NCBI GenBank assembly: GCA_963835065.1
Contig: CAWIEK010000063.1
Span: 1 to 64,000, forward strand
Origin: an uncultured Chthonomonadaceae bacterium
GTDB lineage: Bacteria; Armatimonadota; Chthonomonadetes; Chthonomonadales; Chthonomonadaceae
Length of the DNA: 64,000 nt
Direction of reading: 5' to 3'
In this document: in pieces, positions 28,930 through 40,536 of the stretch
Layout: each line of letters starts with the position of its first letter
Position numbering within the stretch: the first letter of the stretch is position 1
Translations under genes and position numbers: made by a program
The notes under the pieces: generated by a model
What the model was told of the DNA's origin: nothing
Databases searched by the model: none
The model's input: the letters and a program-made list of their open reading frames with translations, nothing else

Positions 28930-31371
28930 ATGACCTATCTGTTTGCCTTTCGCCATCCGCGCCCATCATGGTGGCTCTCGGCGGGCGTTCTTGCTGTCAT
29001 TGGAGGCGTTGCCGCCGGCGCGCAGGAACATATCGCCAAGCCTGCCAAGCGCCTTGAACCAGTCCAAGAGCGCGCGGCAAAAGTTGATTTCACGCGTGAT
29101 ATTCGCCCTATTCTTGCCAATAAGTGTTTCCCCTGTCACGGCTTGGACGAGAAGAAACGGCAGGCAGGGCTGCGTCTCGACATCCGCGCAAGCGCCATCA
29201 GCGCCCTGGCGTCCGGCGCACACGCTATCGTGCCCGGCAAACCGGACGCCAGCCTGCTCCTGCGGCGAGTGCAAGCCGGCGGCGCGCTCCAGATGCCGCC
29301 CGAAAACACAGGAAAGCGGCTCACCCCGCATGAAGTGACCCTCCTGCAAAAATGGATTGCGCAGGGCGCTGTCTACACCTCCCACTGGGCCTTCAGCAAA
29401 CCGCAGCTTCCTGCCTTGCCGCCCGTGAAGAATACAGCATGGGCGCGCAATCCCATTGATCGCTTCATTCTGGCGCGGCTGGAAAAGGAGGGATTAGCGC
29501 CCTCGCCCCCGGCGGACCGCTATACCTTGCTGCGGCGTGTTTCCCTTGACATCACCGGTCTGCCGCCCACGCCGCAGACGGTACAGGCATTCCTCGCGGA
29601 CGACAGCCCCAACGCCTACGAGAAGGTGGTAGACGAACTGCTGGCGTCGCCGCATTACGGCGAGAAATGGGCGCGCATGTGGCTGGACCTCGCCCGTTTT
29701 GCCGACTCGGCCGGCTATGGTTCCGACCCGCTGCGTCCGAACCTCTGGCCGTATCGTGATTGGGTCATCAGCGCATTCAACCATGACCTGCCCTACGACC
29801 GCTTCATCGTCGAACAGATTGCGGGCGACCTGCTGCCCAACCCCACGCAGGAGCAGATCATCGCCACTGCCTTTCACCGCAATACGATGACCAATACGGA
29901 GGGCGGCACGAACCGCGAGGAGTTCCGCACTGCAGCCGTCAAAGATCGCGCCATCACCACCGCGCAGGTATTTATGGGCCTGACGATGGGATGCGCGCAG
30001 TGTCACACGCACAAGTTCGATCCGATCAGTCAAAAGGAATTCTATAGCTTCTTCGCCTTTTTCAACCAAACTGAAGATAACGACCAGCCCAATGAAGCGC
30101 CCACCTTGCCGTTGCTTACCGAGGAACAAAGCAAACGGATGGCGGAACTCCGCGTCGAGATTGCAGAATTGCAGGCGAAATCTACGTCTATGCCGCCAGT
30201 GAAAGCCGAACTGGACAAGAAACAGAAGGAACTGGCTGCTATTCGGCCCGTCCAGTTGCCCGTGATGCGCGAACTGCCGCCGGACAAGCGCCGCGTTTCC
30301 CATGTCCTGACGCTTTCCAACTTCTTGCAGCCCGCAGAAACAGTCGAACCCGGCACCCCTGCTGCCTTCCCGCCCCTGCCCAACGGGGTGCCGAAGAATC
30401 GCCTGGGTGTGGCGCAATGGCTTATCAACCCGGACAACCCGCTTACTGCCCGCGTGGCCGTCAATCGTTTATGGGCGCAGCTCTTCGGCACGGGCATTGT
30501 AGAAACGGAAGAGGATTTTGGCTTGCAAGGCGCACTCCCCACGCACCCGGAACTGCTGGACTGGCTTGCCGTCCGCTTCGCTGCAACGGATGAAACTAAT
30601 CCCCATTCATCCTTTGCCTGTGCCTGGTCACTTAAAAACCTGTTGCGCCTGATTGTAACGTCTTCCACTTATCGTCAGGCGTCGCGGGCCACGCCCAACC
30701 TTCTGGAGAAGGACCCGCGTAATCGCCTGCTGGCGCGCTATCCGCGCCGGCGTCTGGAAGCGGAACTGGTGCGCGATCAGGCGCTGGCGCTGAGTGGTCT
30801 GCTCAGCCCGAAAATCGGCGGCCCGTCTGTCTTTCCGCCTCAGCCCGGCGGACTCTGGCAGGCAGCGTTCAACGGCGACCGCACCTATCCCACCAGTAGT
30901 GGTGAGGATCGTTATCGGCGCGGCCTTTACACCTTCTGGCGTCGCACCGTTCCTTATCCCAGCATGGCGACCTTCGATGCGCCGAGCCGGGAGGTTTGCA
31001 CCATGCGCCGGATGCCGACCAATACGCCGCTGCAGGCATTGGTTACGCTCAACGACCCGGTCTATGTGGAGATGGCTCAGGCGCTTGGACGGCGGATTGC
31101 GCGCGAAGGCGGGACAACGCTGTCGGAGCGCGCCCGCTACGCGCTCGCCCTTGTCCTGGCACGTCCCCCCCGACCTGAAGAGATACAGACCCTGAGCAGC
31201 CTCTATGAAAAGGAAATCGCCTACTATCGCGTCCATGCCGAGGATGCCAGACGCCTCGCGACGGAACCGCTCGGCCCGCTGCCGACCGGCATGGACGCGA
31301 CGGAACAGGCGGCGTGGACAGTGATCGGAAACGTGCTGCTCAATCTCGACGGTGTACTAAACAAGAGTTAG
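28930..31371 (+). CDS. planctomycete cytochrome c / PSD1 protein (PSCyt1-DUF1549-DUF1553)
   Basis: CFPCH and CAQCH haem motifs; NPIDRFI; LRRVSLDITGLPP; THPELLDWLA; TNTPLQAL. Confidence 0.93.
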   Translation: MTYLFAFRHPRPSWWLSAGVLAVIGGVAAGAQEHIAKPAKRLEPVQERAAKVDFTRDIRPILANKCFPCHGLDEKKRQAGLRLDIRASAISALASGAHAIVPGKPDASLLLRRVQAGGALQMPPENTGKRLTPHEVTLLQKWIAQGAVYTSHWAFSKPQLPALPPVKNTAWARNPIDRFILARLEKEGLAPSPPADRYTLLRRVSLDITGLPPTPQTVQAFLADDSPNAYEKVVDELLASPHYGEKWARMWLDLARFADSAGYGSDPLRPNLWPYRDWVISAFNHDLPYDRFIVEQIAGDLLPNPTQEQIIATAFHRNTMTNTEGGTNREEFRTAAVKDRAITTAQVFMGLTMGCAQCHTHKFDPISQKEFYSFFAFFNQTEDNDQPNEAPTLPLLTEEQSKRMAELRVEIAELQAKSTSMPPVKAELDKKQKELAAIRPVQLPVMRELPPDKRRVSHVLTLSNFLQPAETVEPGTPAAFPPLPNGVPKNRLGVAQWLINPDNPLTARVAVNRLWAQLFGTGIVETEEDFGLQGALPTHPELLDWLAVRFAATDETNPHSSFACAWSLKNLLRLIVTSSTYRQASRATPNLLEKDPRNRLLARYPRRRLEAELVRDQALALSGLLSPKIGGPSVFPPQPGGLWQAAFNGDRTYPTSSGEDRYRRGLYTFWRRTVPYPSMATFDAPSREVCTMRRMPTNTPLQALVTLNDPVYVEMAQALGRRIAREGGTTLSERARYALALVLARPPRPEEIQTLSSLYEKEIAYYRVHAEDARRLATEPLGPLPTGMDATEQAAWTVIGNVLLNLDGVLNKS

Positions 31372-31383
31372 CAGGAGAGAACG

Positions 31384-32868
31384 ATGGATATCCAGACAGA
31401 GTTCGCTATAGAAAGAGCACGAGCGATCACGCGGCGCACCTTCTTCGGTCAGACAGGACTTGGCCTGGGTGCTATGGCGCTCGGTACGCTGCTTGGCAAT
31501 GGAGCGCAAGCGCAGAGCGCGCCCCACGATGTTCCGCACAAACCGAGTGGTCCGCTCACGCTCAGGCAGGCAGCTCATCCGGCCAAAGCAAAGGCGATCA
31601 TCTATCTGCACATGTCCGGCGCTCCGCCTACGCTGGATATGTTTGATTACAAGCCCAAACTGATCGAGATGAACGGGCAGGACTGCCCGGAGGCGTTGCG
31701 CAAGGGCGAGCGATTCGCGTTCATTCAGGGAGTTCCCAAGATGCTCGGCACGCCCTACAAGTTCAAACAATATGGGCAGAGCGGCGCCTGGGTCAGCGAG
31801 ATGCTGCCGCATACGGCGGGCATTATGGATGATGTCACGCTGATACGCTCGATGCACACCGACCAATTCAACCACGCCCCGGCGGAATTGTTCCTGTATA
31901 CGGGCAACGCCACTGCGGGCAATGCCTCGCTCGGCTCCTGGGTCACGTATGGCCTTGGCTCCGCAAATCAGGATTTGCCTGGCTTCGTGGTACTTGTTTC
32001 CGGCGGCACGGATCCGACGGGCGGCAAGAGCCTGTGGGGCAGCGGCTTCCTGCCCTCGGTCTATCAGGGCGTACAGTGCCGTTCCTCCGGGGAGCCGATC
32101 CTCTACCTGACCGACCCGAACGGCCTGTCGCGCGCCAATCGCCGCGACAGTCTGGACGCGCTGGCGAAGCTGAACGAAAACGAGGCCAAACGGATGGGCG
32201 ATCCTGAGACCCTAACGCGCATTGCGCAATATGAACTCGCCTACCGAATGCAGATGGCCGTGCCGCAAGTCATGGATATTGCCAAGGAGCCGAAGGCGAT
32301 CCTTGATATGTACGGCGCGCAGCCGGGCCAGCCCACCTTCGCCAACAACTGCCTCCTTGCGCGTCGCCTGGTGGAGAACGGCGTACGATTCGTGCAGCTC
32401 TACGACTGGGGCTGGGATATTCACGGTACCGGGCCAGGCGACGACCTGATGACGGCGTTTCCCAAAAAGTGCCGGGAAATGGACCAGGCGGCGGCGGCTC
32501 TGGTCACAGACCTCAAACAGCGCGGGCTGCTGGACGAAACGCTCGTCGTGTGGGGCGGCGAGTTCGGGCGTACCCCGATGAACGAGGCGCGCGGCGGTTC
32601 CAAGTTTCTGGGCCGCGACCATCATCCGCACAACTTCTGCCTCTGGATGGCGGGCGGCGGCGTCAAGTCCGGCCAGGTTTACGGCGAAACGGACGATTTC
32701 GGCTACACCATTGTCAAGGATGCGGTAAGCATCCGCGACCTGCAGGCGACCCTGCTCTACGCTCTGGGATTGGATCCCTACCGTCTCAGTTTCAAGTACC
32801 AGGGTCTCAACCAACGCCTGATTGGTCCTACGGAAGAAGGCATCGTCCGCAAGGGTCTCTTCTCTTAA
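31384..32868 (+). CDS. DUF1501 domain protein
   Basis: Tat-like TRRTFF; AKAIIYLHMSGAP; CLLARRLVENGVRFVQ; WGGEFGRTP; GRDHHP. Confidence 0.93.
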   Translation: MDIQTEFAIERARAITRRTFFGQTGLGLGAMALGTLLGNGAQAQSAPHDVPHKPSGPLTLRQAAHPAKAKAIIYLHMSGAPPTLDMFDYKPKLIEMNGQDCPEALRKGERFAFIQGVPKMLGTPYKFKQYGQSGAWVSEMLPHTAGIMDDVTLIRSMHTDQFNHAPAELFLYTGNATAGNASLGSWVTYGLGSANQDLPGFVVLVSGGTDPTGGKSLWGSGFLPSVYQGVQCRSSGEPILYLTDPNGLSRANRRDSLDALAKLNENEAKRMGDPETLTRIAQYELAYRMQMAVPQVMDIAKEPKAILDMYGAQPGQPTFANNCLLARRLVENGVRFVQLYDWGWDIHGTGPGDDLMTAFPKKCREMDQAAAALVTDLKQRGLLDETLVVWGGEFGRTPMNEARGGSKFLGRDHHPHNFCLWMAGGGVKSGQVYGETDDFGYTIVKDAVSIRDLQATLLYALGLDPYRLSFKYQGLNQRLIGPTEEGIVRKGLFS

Positions 32869-33650
32869 CCAGGACGACGTGTATTCTCAGGCGCTTCCAG
32901 ACGAAAATCGCTTACAGTGGGAAGTGAGCCGAAGTGCTGTTCCCGATCCTCGCCACGCACGAGAACTGGCCGCCAGCCACGCCCTTTCGAGGTATTCCGG
33001 TCGGGCTGAACCGAAGTGGGCACATAGCGCAGCGTCAGGCCGCATCGTCGGCGCGTAGAGCGGTTCGGAAGGCTGCCGTGTATCAGCGCACCATCGTGAA
33101 TGGACATCTCCCCAGCCTTTAACGGCAACGTGACGATGCGCTGGGCTTCTTCCCTCGTGACCGGAACTTCCTGATTGACGCTGAGCAGATTGCCCGCCTG
33201 CGCCGACGTACCATGTTCCCGAAGGCCGTCACGATGCGTACCGGCAACCACGCGCATGCAGCCATTCTCCTCATCGCTGTCATCTACGGCGTACCAGGCG
33301 GTTGCCGCACAGGGCGGAATCAAGCCCCAGTATGTCGCATCCTGATGCCAGGCGACAAATTTCTCGTCCTGTCCATACTTGCAAAAGAAATGGGTTGCCA
33401 GCAGCAGCAAGTTCGGGCCGAGCAGAGAGGCCATGCAGTCCAGTATCTTCGGGTGGGTCGCAATCTCCCAGAGAAACGGCTGCTGAAAATGATAATCCAG
33501 CAGGCCGATGCGCGCTTTTTCGCGCCCCTCCTGCTCTTCCAGCCGATTGAAGGCGTCACGGTAGCGCGCCGCCTCCGGTACTGCTGCAATGCGCAGGCCG
33601 GAAAGATAGCCCTCCATCTGATACGCCTGCACCTGTTGTTGGGATAACAA
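32865..33650 (-). CDS. phytanoyl-CoA dioxygenase-family 2OG-Fe(II) oxygenase
   Basis: WHQDATYW, ENGCMRV..GTH, HGSLPN.S.RRR. Confidence 0.9.
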   Translation of the reverse strand: MLSQQQVQAYQMEGYLSGLRIAAVPEAARYRDAFNRLEEQEGREKARIGLLDYHFQQPFLWEIATHPKILDCMASLLGPNLLLLATHFFCKYGQDEKFVAWHQDATYWGLIPPCAATAWYAVDDSDEENGCMRVVAGTHRDGLREHGTSAQAGNLLSVNQEVPVTREEAQRIVTLPLKAGEMSIHDGALIHGSLPNRSTRRRCGLTLRYVPTSVQPDRNTSKGRGWRPVLVRGEDREQHFGSLPTVSDFRLEAPENTRRPG

Positions 33651-34232
33651 GGTCGTCGTTCCTTTCTCTCGAGATAATGTCCTGTCTTATGTTCGTGACC
33701 TGCGCCTGTCGCTCCTGCTCTAAAACGTCTGAAAACAGCGCCTCCAATAGGTTCTCCGCTTGGTTTTGCAGCCAAGCTGCTCCATCTGCTCACTCCGCGC
33801 CAGGGTTTACCTCAAACCGAGGCAATTCTCGTGCCCCGGCTTTGCAGCGGACACAGAGGCGGCAGGCACAATTCTGAACGATTCCGGGATCGCACTTTAG
33901 ATAAATGGCGGAAGAACGGAGGAGTACCGCCATGCTATCAAGAACTGCTATCCTTGATCCAGTAGCGAGGGCATCCAGTCAGGAGGTCAGCATGATGCTG
34001 GCATTTTGAGTAGGAGTTGGACGGATAGATCGTGTCGCGTTGCGGTTCCCTTCCGCGCCGACATCGTTGTTCCCATTGACAATGGGGTAACTATCTCACT
34101 TACGTCCACTCCTTTGTATGTCTAAGTGTTTTAGGCCGCGATACGTTATAACAGCCCACGAATTTTGGACACCAAAAGGGGCGGAAGTACAGATTTCAGG
34201 GAACAGGTCAAACGCAGAGAGAGGAACTAGCG

Positions 34233-36355
34233 ATGAGAATTGGCAAACAGGTGCCGGCCGTTCTGTTAGGGGCGTTGCTAATGTTTTCGTGCTCGCATGT
34301 CTCGACACAGACTGCCGCGGTGGGGCAGACGGAGAGCCAGGCGGAATGGCCGAGCTATGGCGGGGGACCTGACGGCATCCGGTATTCGAGTCTCACCCAG
34401 ATTGACCGCTCGAACGTCAATCAACTACAGGTCGCCTGGACGTATGATTCCGGTGAGGGACCAGGCGGCACCCAGACGCAACCGCTCGTTGCCAACGGCG
34501 TACTCTTTGCCGTCACGCCGCACCATAACGTGGTCGCCTTGAACGCCGCTACGGGAAAGCTGATCTGGCGGTTCGATTCCGGCATCATTGGGCGTGGGCC
34601 GAACCGCGGAGTCGCGTACTGGACCGAGGGCGGAGAACGCCGCGTTTTTGCGGCGGTTCAGCACTTTGTCTATGCCCTGGATGCCGTGACCGGCAAGCCG
34701 ATCCCGAACTTCGGCGCCAATGGGAGAATTGATCTGCGCGAGGGCGTCGGGCGCGACCCGGCAAAACAGTCCATCATTCTGACGACTCCGGGGGTCATCT
34801 ACAAGGACCTGTTGATCGTCGGAGGACGGGTATCCGAAGGGCTGCCGTGTACTCCCGGCGACATCCGCGCCTACGACGTCCGCACAGGAACGATGCGGTG
34901 GGCGTTCCACACAATCCCACATCCGGGCGAGTTCGGATATAAAACGTGGCCCCAATTGGCATGGAAGGTCTCTGGATCGGCCAACAACTGGGCGGGTATG
35001 ACCGTGGATGCCGCGCGGGGACTGGTGTTCGTGCCAACCGGATCGGCGGCAAGCGACTTCTACGGGGCGGATCGGGTGGGCGATGACCTCTTTGCCAACA
35101 CCATGCTGGCGCTCGATGCGAATACGGGTAAGCGTATCTGGCATTTCCAGGCGGTCAAGCACGACATCTGGGATCGTGATTTTCCCGCCCCGCCCGCCCT
35201 CGTTCGCGTGAAACGCGGACAGAAGTGGGTGGACGCCGTAGCACGAGACTACCAAAACCGGGCATGTTTACGTCTTTCGATCGAAAAAACGGAAAGCCGC
35301 TTTTCCCCATCCAATATCGCAAGTATGAGCCTAGCGCCGTCCCGGGCGAGGTGGCGGCCAAGACCCAGCCGCTGCCCACGAAACCCGCGCCGTTTGCCCG
35401 GCAGGTTCTGACGGAAGACTTGTTGACCAATCGGACGCCGGAGGCGCATCGCTGGGCCGTAGAGCAATTCCGGTCTTTCCACGGAGGCGGACAGTTCGTG
35501 CCCTTCCGAGCCGGCCAGGAGACAATCATCTTCCCCGGATTCGACGGCGGAGCGGAATGGGGTGGCCCCGCATTCGACCCTGAGACGGGGCTCCTCTACG
35601 TCAACGCGAACGAGATGGCCTGGACGTCGCACCTGGTCAGGAACGAGGAAACCAGATCCGCGCGGGGGCTTTATCTGCATAACTGCGCCAATTGCCATGG
35701 GGACACCCTTGCCGGGTCACCGCCCCAGTTGCCGAAGTTGCTCAACATGGGCCCAAAATGGGACGAGGCCGCGATTTCGAGGATCACCCGCCAGGGTGCG
35801 GGCCGCATGCCCAGCTTCCCGAACCTTTCCGACGCGGAAGTAAAGGCCGTGTCAGAATACATCCTGAGCGGCGAAAGCAAACCTATCCAATCGGACGAGC
35901 CGGCAGCGGTGACGCTGGACTATCGCTTTACGGGCTATCACAAGTTCGTGGATCCCGAAGGCTATCCGGCGGTCGCGCCACCGTGGGGAACTCTCAACGC
36001 GATCAACCTCAACACCGGCGAATTCGCCTGGAAGATCCCGTTGGGCGAATATCCGGAACTGGCGGAGAAGGGCATGAAGGACACCGGCAGCGAGAACTAT
36101 GGCGGCCCGGTTGTCACCGCGGGTGGACTGGTCTTCATCGCCGCCACGAACTACGACCGCAAGTTCCGGGCCTTCGATAAGACCACCGGCAAGCTCCTGT
36201 GGGAAACCACGTTGCCGTTTTCTGCCAACGCCACTCCTGCGGTCTATTCAGCCGAAGGCCGGCAGTTCGTCGTAGTTTGCGCGGAGGGAAGCAAAGGTCG
36301 CCCGAACGATCCGAAAGGTGGCAAGTACATCGCCTTCGCATTACCCCGGCCCTGA
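34233..36355 (+). CDS. PQQ-dependent (glucose/quinate-type) dehydrogenase with inserted cytochrome c domain; frameshifted near 35245-35280
   Basis: [58 protein letters not shown], spread over ORFs 34233..35411 and 35225..36355. Confidence 0.88.
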
Positions 36356-36567
36356 GGCCATTCTGCCGACAGGAGCCACTATACACCCCGCGCGTTCTGG
36401 CGGATTGCCTTCCACGCCGCATACTTCACCCATCTCTATCTCGACCAAAACCTTTTCGCCTGTATGCAGGAGTTCGCAAGAATATGGCGAATGAGCAGGC
36501 ATGACAACCCATATCATCAACGTCAGCCTTCCCTGCGGTTTGCTGCTCTTCGGAAAGGTCTCAACCC

Positions 36568-37431
36568 ATGCTACGTCTCTGCCACTTTCTGAGCCTTACT
36601 CTCCTCGTCACGCTCCTCTGTGTACAAGGTGAATTAGCCCTGTTCGCGCAGCCCCTCAAGGACCGAAATGGAAAATCTCTGTCAGTGGGCTTACAACTCT
36701 ACTCCGTCCGCGCCGATTGCGCCAAGGACCTGCCTGGTGTTCTCAAAGCCGTGTCCCATATGGGCTATACCGGCGTTGAGTTCGCAGGCTATTATGGTCG
36801 CTCCTCCGAGGAACTGCACCGGATGCTTCTGGAGAACCACCTGCAATGCTATGGTACGCATGTGGATATGAACGCCTTGCAGGGAGACAACCTGGACAAG
36901 ACGATAGCGTTCTGTAAAGGACTGGGCTGCGCGTTCGTAGTGGTTCCCTGGCTGCCGGTTGAGCGCCGCAACTCAAAGCAGGCTATCGTAGAAACGGCGC
37001 ACTTCTTCAATACCATTGCGACGAAATTGGCGCGTGAGGGAATTATTTTGGGCTGGCACAACGAAGACTATGAGTTCCAACCGGTCGAGGGAGAAACGAT
37101 CTGGGATACGTTTTGTGCGAACACGGACAAAGCCGTGGCACTCCAATTCGACACCGGCAATGCCCTCGCCGCAGGAATGCAGGCCGCTCCTTTTCTCCGC
37201 AAATATCCCAAGCGCGTTGTTTCCGTGCATGTCAAAGATCATTCCACTACGAATCCTAACGCCTTGTTGGGCGAAGGCGACGAACACTGGCAGGAAGTGA
37301 TTCCCCTGCTCAAGCACAAAATAGCTGCGCGGTGGTTCATTATTGAGCAGGAGAGCTATAGCGCGCCGCCGCTGGTTTGCGTCGAAAAGTGCCTGCGGAA
37401 CTTTGAAAAGCTATGGAACACCTACAAGTAG
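36568..37431 (+). CDS. sugar phosphate isomerase/epimerase (xylose isomerase-like TIM barrel)
   Basis: GLQLYSVR, GY.GVEFAG, WHN..EF, VH.KD, IEQE. Confidence 0.88.
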   Translation: MLRLCHFLSLTLLVTLLCVQGELALFAQPLKDRNGKSLSVGLQLYSVRADCAKDLPGVLKAVSHMGYTGVEFAGYYGRSSEELHRMLLENHLQCYGTHVDMNALQGDNLDKTIAFCKGLGCAFVVVPWLPVERRNSKQAIVETAHFFNTIATKLAREGIILGWHNEDYEFQPVEGETIWDTFCANTDKAVALQFDTGNALAAGMQAAPFLRKYPKRVVSVHVKDHSTTNPNALLGEGDEHWQEVIPLLKHKIAARWFIIEQESYSAPPLVCVEKCLRNFEKLWNTYK

Positions 37432-37482
37432 GGCCGCACCTGGATGGTTGGATCCGGCAGATGATGGAAAAGGAGAAGGTTT

Positions 37483-38472
37483 ATGGAATATCGTTCTCTG
37501 GGGCGTACGGGCGCGCAGGTGAGCGTGTGGTGCCTCGGCGTGATGACATTCGGCTGGAAAACGGAACAAGAGGAAGCGACGCGCATGGTTGACCGCTTCT
37601 TGGATCAGGGCGGCAACTTCATTGATACCGCCAACGTTTACAGCAGGGGCAAGAGCGAAACCATGACCGGAAACGCTCTCAAAGAGGGCGGCAAGCGCGA
37701 CAAAGTGTTCCTCGCCACCAAAGCGCACGGCAAGATGGACGATAACGATCCTAACGCGCAGGGCAATACGCGCTTTCATCTCATGCGCGCCTGCGAAGAC
37801 AGCCTGCGCCGCCTGCAAACCGACCACATTGACCTGTATCAGATTCATCGCCCGCAGCCCTCCGTTCCCATTGACGAGACGCTGCGCGCGCTGGATGATC
37901 TGATCCGGCAGGGCAAGGTGCGCTATATCGGCACGAGTACGTATGCGGCTTATCAGGTGGTGGAAAGCCTGTGGGCATCCAAAGAACTCGGCCTCAATCG
38001 CTTTGTCTGCGAACAGCCTCCTTATCACATTTTAGACCGGCGCATCGAGCGTGAACTGCTCCCGGTAGCCCGCGCTTATGGCCTGGGCATCATCCCCTGG
38101 AGTCCACTGGCAGGCGGCAAACTGACCGGCAAATACCGGCGCGGCGAGGCCGCTCCCCCCAACTCGCGGGAAGACCCGGCCAAATTCAGCGAAGGAACCT
38201 GGAAGGCGCTGGAAGGGCTGGAAGCGCTTTGTAAAGACAAGGGCTGCACCATGACGGCGTTTGCCAATGCCTGGTGTGCCTCGCAGTCGGGAGTGACCAG
38301 CCCGATTATCGGCCCCAACAGCGTCGCGCAACTCGACGAGAACCTGACCGCTTCCGACGTAACGATCACGGAGGAGGACCGGAAACGGGTAGACTGATTG
38401 GTAAAGCCGGGAGAGCATATCGAGGGCAATGACTACTACAAGGCCGACTTTGGTCACACGGCCCGCTGGTAA
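37483..38472 (+). CDS. aldo/keto reductase; frameshift near 38395
   Basis: LGRTG..VS..CLG.MTFG, IDTANVY, SLRRLQTDHIDLYQIH, PWSPLAGG; tail continues in another frame to TAA 38472. Confidence 0.9.
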
Positions 38473-38703
38473 CCAGAGTTTCCAACCTATCAGCGGCAGT
38501 AGAAGACAATGTAGCCCTGATGCAATTGTTAATCGCGCATGGAGCCGTGATTCAGGATAGCGACGACCTTTCGCGCAAGCCGTCACTGAGGACTGCGGCA
38601 AGGGAAATTGAAGGGAATGGCATACTGGCAGAGAATAAGGAACAAGATTTGCGGCAATAAACCCGTATAGGCCATGTAAACGATGTGCGAGAGGAGATAC
38701 AGA

Positions 38704-39600
38704 ATGACGAACCCTGATCAGGAAAGAGAGCAGACCCCGCAGAACGACCTGTCCCGGCGCGACCTGGTCGCGTTATCGGTGGCGGCGGGTCTCGCCGCCG
38801 CGACAGGAGCGGCAGGGGCCGCAGAGTTGCCTGTTGTGGAGGCGGATGTCACGGTCAAAACCCCGGACGGCACATGCGATGCCGCCTTCATTCATCCAAC
38901 TGCTGGTTCCCATCCCGGCGTGTTGATCTGGCCGGACGCATTCGGACTTCGCTCCACGTTGCGCGCAATGGGCAAGCGCCTTGCCGCCGAGGGCTACGCG
39001 GTACTGATACCCAACCCCTACTATCGAACCGCCAAAGTCTCCACGCTGGATCTGAACACCGCCTCGTTCAGCTTCCAGAATGAGGCTGACATGTCCAGGC
39101 TGAGAAAGCTGATGGCCGGGATTACGGCACCAGGGGCGGCGGAAAAGGACGCGGCTGCGTTCATCGCTTTCCTCGATGCGCAAAAGCCCGTCAACACCAG
39201 AAGGAAGATCGGCACTCAGGGTTACTGCATGGGAGGACCACTCGTTTTTAAGACCGCCGCTGCCGTACCCAATCGCGTTGGAGCCGTCGCGTCCTTCCAT
39301 GGCGGCGGTCTCGTGACGGATCAGCCGAGCAGTCCGCACTTGCTTATCCCGAAGATGAAAGCCCGTTTCTATATCGGCATCGCGTCCAACGACGATATGC
39401 GCCAGCCCGACGCGAAGGACAAGCTGCGAGAAGCCTTCGACGCCGCCAAACTCCCTGCCGAGATTGAGGTCTATGAGAGCCTGCACGGCTGGTGTATGCC
39501 GGACATGCCGGCTTCGGGTGGGAAGCCTATCTATAACAAGGCGGACGCCGAGCGCGCATGGGGCAAGTTGGTGGCGCTGTACAAGAAAGCCCTGGCCTGA
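38704..39600 (+). CDS. dienelactone hydrolase family, Tat-exported
   Basis: SRRDLV Tat motif; GYCMGG nucleophile; HGW. Confidence 0.9.
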   Translation: MTNPDQEREQTPQNDLSRRDLVALSVAAGLAAATGAAGAAELPVVEADVTVKTPDGTCDAAFIHPTAGSHPGVLIWPDAFGLRSTLRAMGKRLAAEGYAVLIPNPYYRTAKVSTLDLNTASFSFQNEADMSRLRKLMAGITAPGAAEKDAAAFIAFLDAQKPVNTRRKIGTQGYCMGGPLVFKTAAAVPNRVGAVASFHGGGLVTDQPSSPHLLIPKMKARFYIGIASNDDMRQPDAKDKLREAFDAAKLPAEIEVYESLHGWCMPDMPASGGKPIYNKADAERAWGKLVALYKKALA

Positions 39601-40012
39601 CCGGGAACCACCGCGCCGCCACAGGGCGCGTCACAGCAAAAATTAGCAGAAGGCGGAAAAGACAAGGAACTCCGCTTGCTCTTCTCAGTGTGAACGCGAC
39701 GCAGCGAGTTCAAGAAGCCGCGAGAAAGATAGCAAGTGCAATAGCGGAGGGGCGGCAGTCCTCTCGGCGGAATGGTTTCAGGGCTGAGGTAACGCGAAGG
39801 CGATGTACTGGCCGCCCTCATAGCCAGGCCATTCTGTCTGACTTTCCGACTGCTGCCGCACCCCGGCGGTTGGGAGGACGAAGCCTGCCTGCGCTGGCAG
39901 GCGCAACGCTCCAAATAGTAGGACTGGTATCCCTCTGAACACTCTCATCAACAGTTCCTCTCCGCGTGGTACACTTTGTGTTTGATTAGGCTCGAATATT
40001 GACCTCAGCCCC

Positions 40013-40390
40013 TTAGGGCAGCAGCAATTTTACCACATCCTGGTGTCCCTCCTCTGTCGCCAAGGACAGGGGAGTATTTCCTTCTTTGGTCACAGCGTTA
40101 ACATCGGCATTGTGGGCAAGCAGCAATTCCACCATAGCCAGGTACCCCTTATCGGCTGCCAAGTATAGCGAGGTATTTCCTGCATTGGTCACGGCATTGA
40201 CATCGGCCTTATAAACCAGCAGCAATTCCGCTATACCTGTGTGACCAAATTCTGCCGCAATTTGCAAAGGTGTCTGGCCGTATTCGTCGTCTTTGCTGAA
40301 AACCAGATACGGAGCGGATTCAAGTAGCGCCCGGACTGTTTCCAGGTCGTCTATCTCGACTGCCTCATACAGCAGGTACTTGTTCTCCAT
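40013..40390 (-). CDS. ankyrin repeat protein
   Basis: three G.TPL..AA..G....VELLL...ADVNA units. Confidence 0.88.
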   Translation of the reverse strand: MENKYLLYEAVEIDDLETVRALLESAPYLVFSKDDEYGQTPLQIAAEFGHTGIAELLLVYKADVNAVTNAGNTSLYLAADKGYLAMVELLLAHNADVNAVTKEGNTPLSLATEEGHQDVVKLLLP

Positions 40391-40536
40391 AGTTGCTCCG
40401 ATCAGAGGATTGGCATAGTGCCGGCGCTGCCTTTGCCACATCGCTTGCATACGCGCGTAGAGCAGGCTCAACGGGTCAGGTCACGCGCCACTTCGGCGAG
40501 CAAGGGGCGCGTCAGGCTGAAGCGGGTAATTCGTAG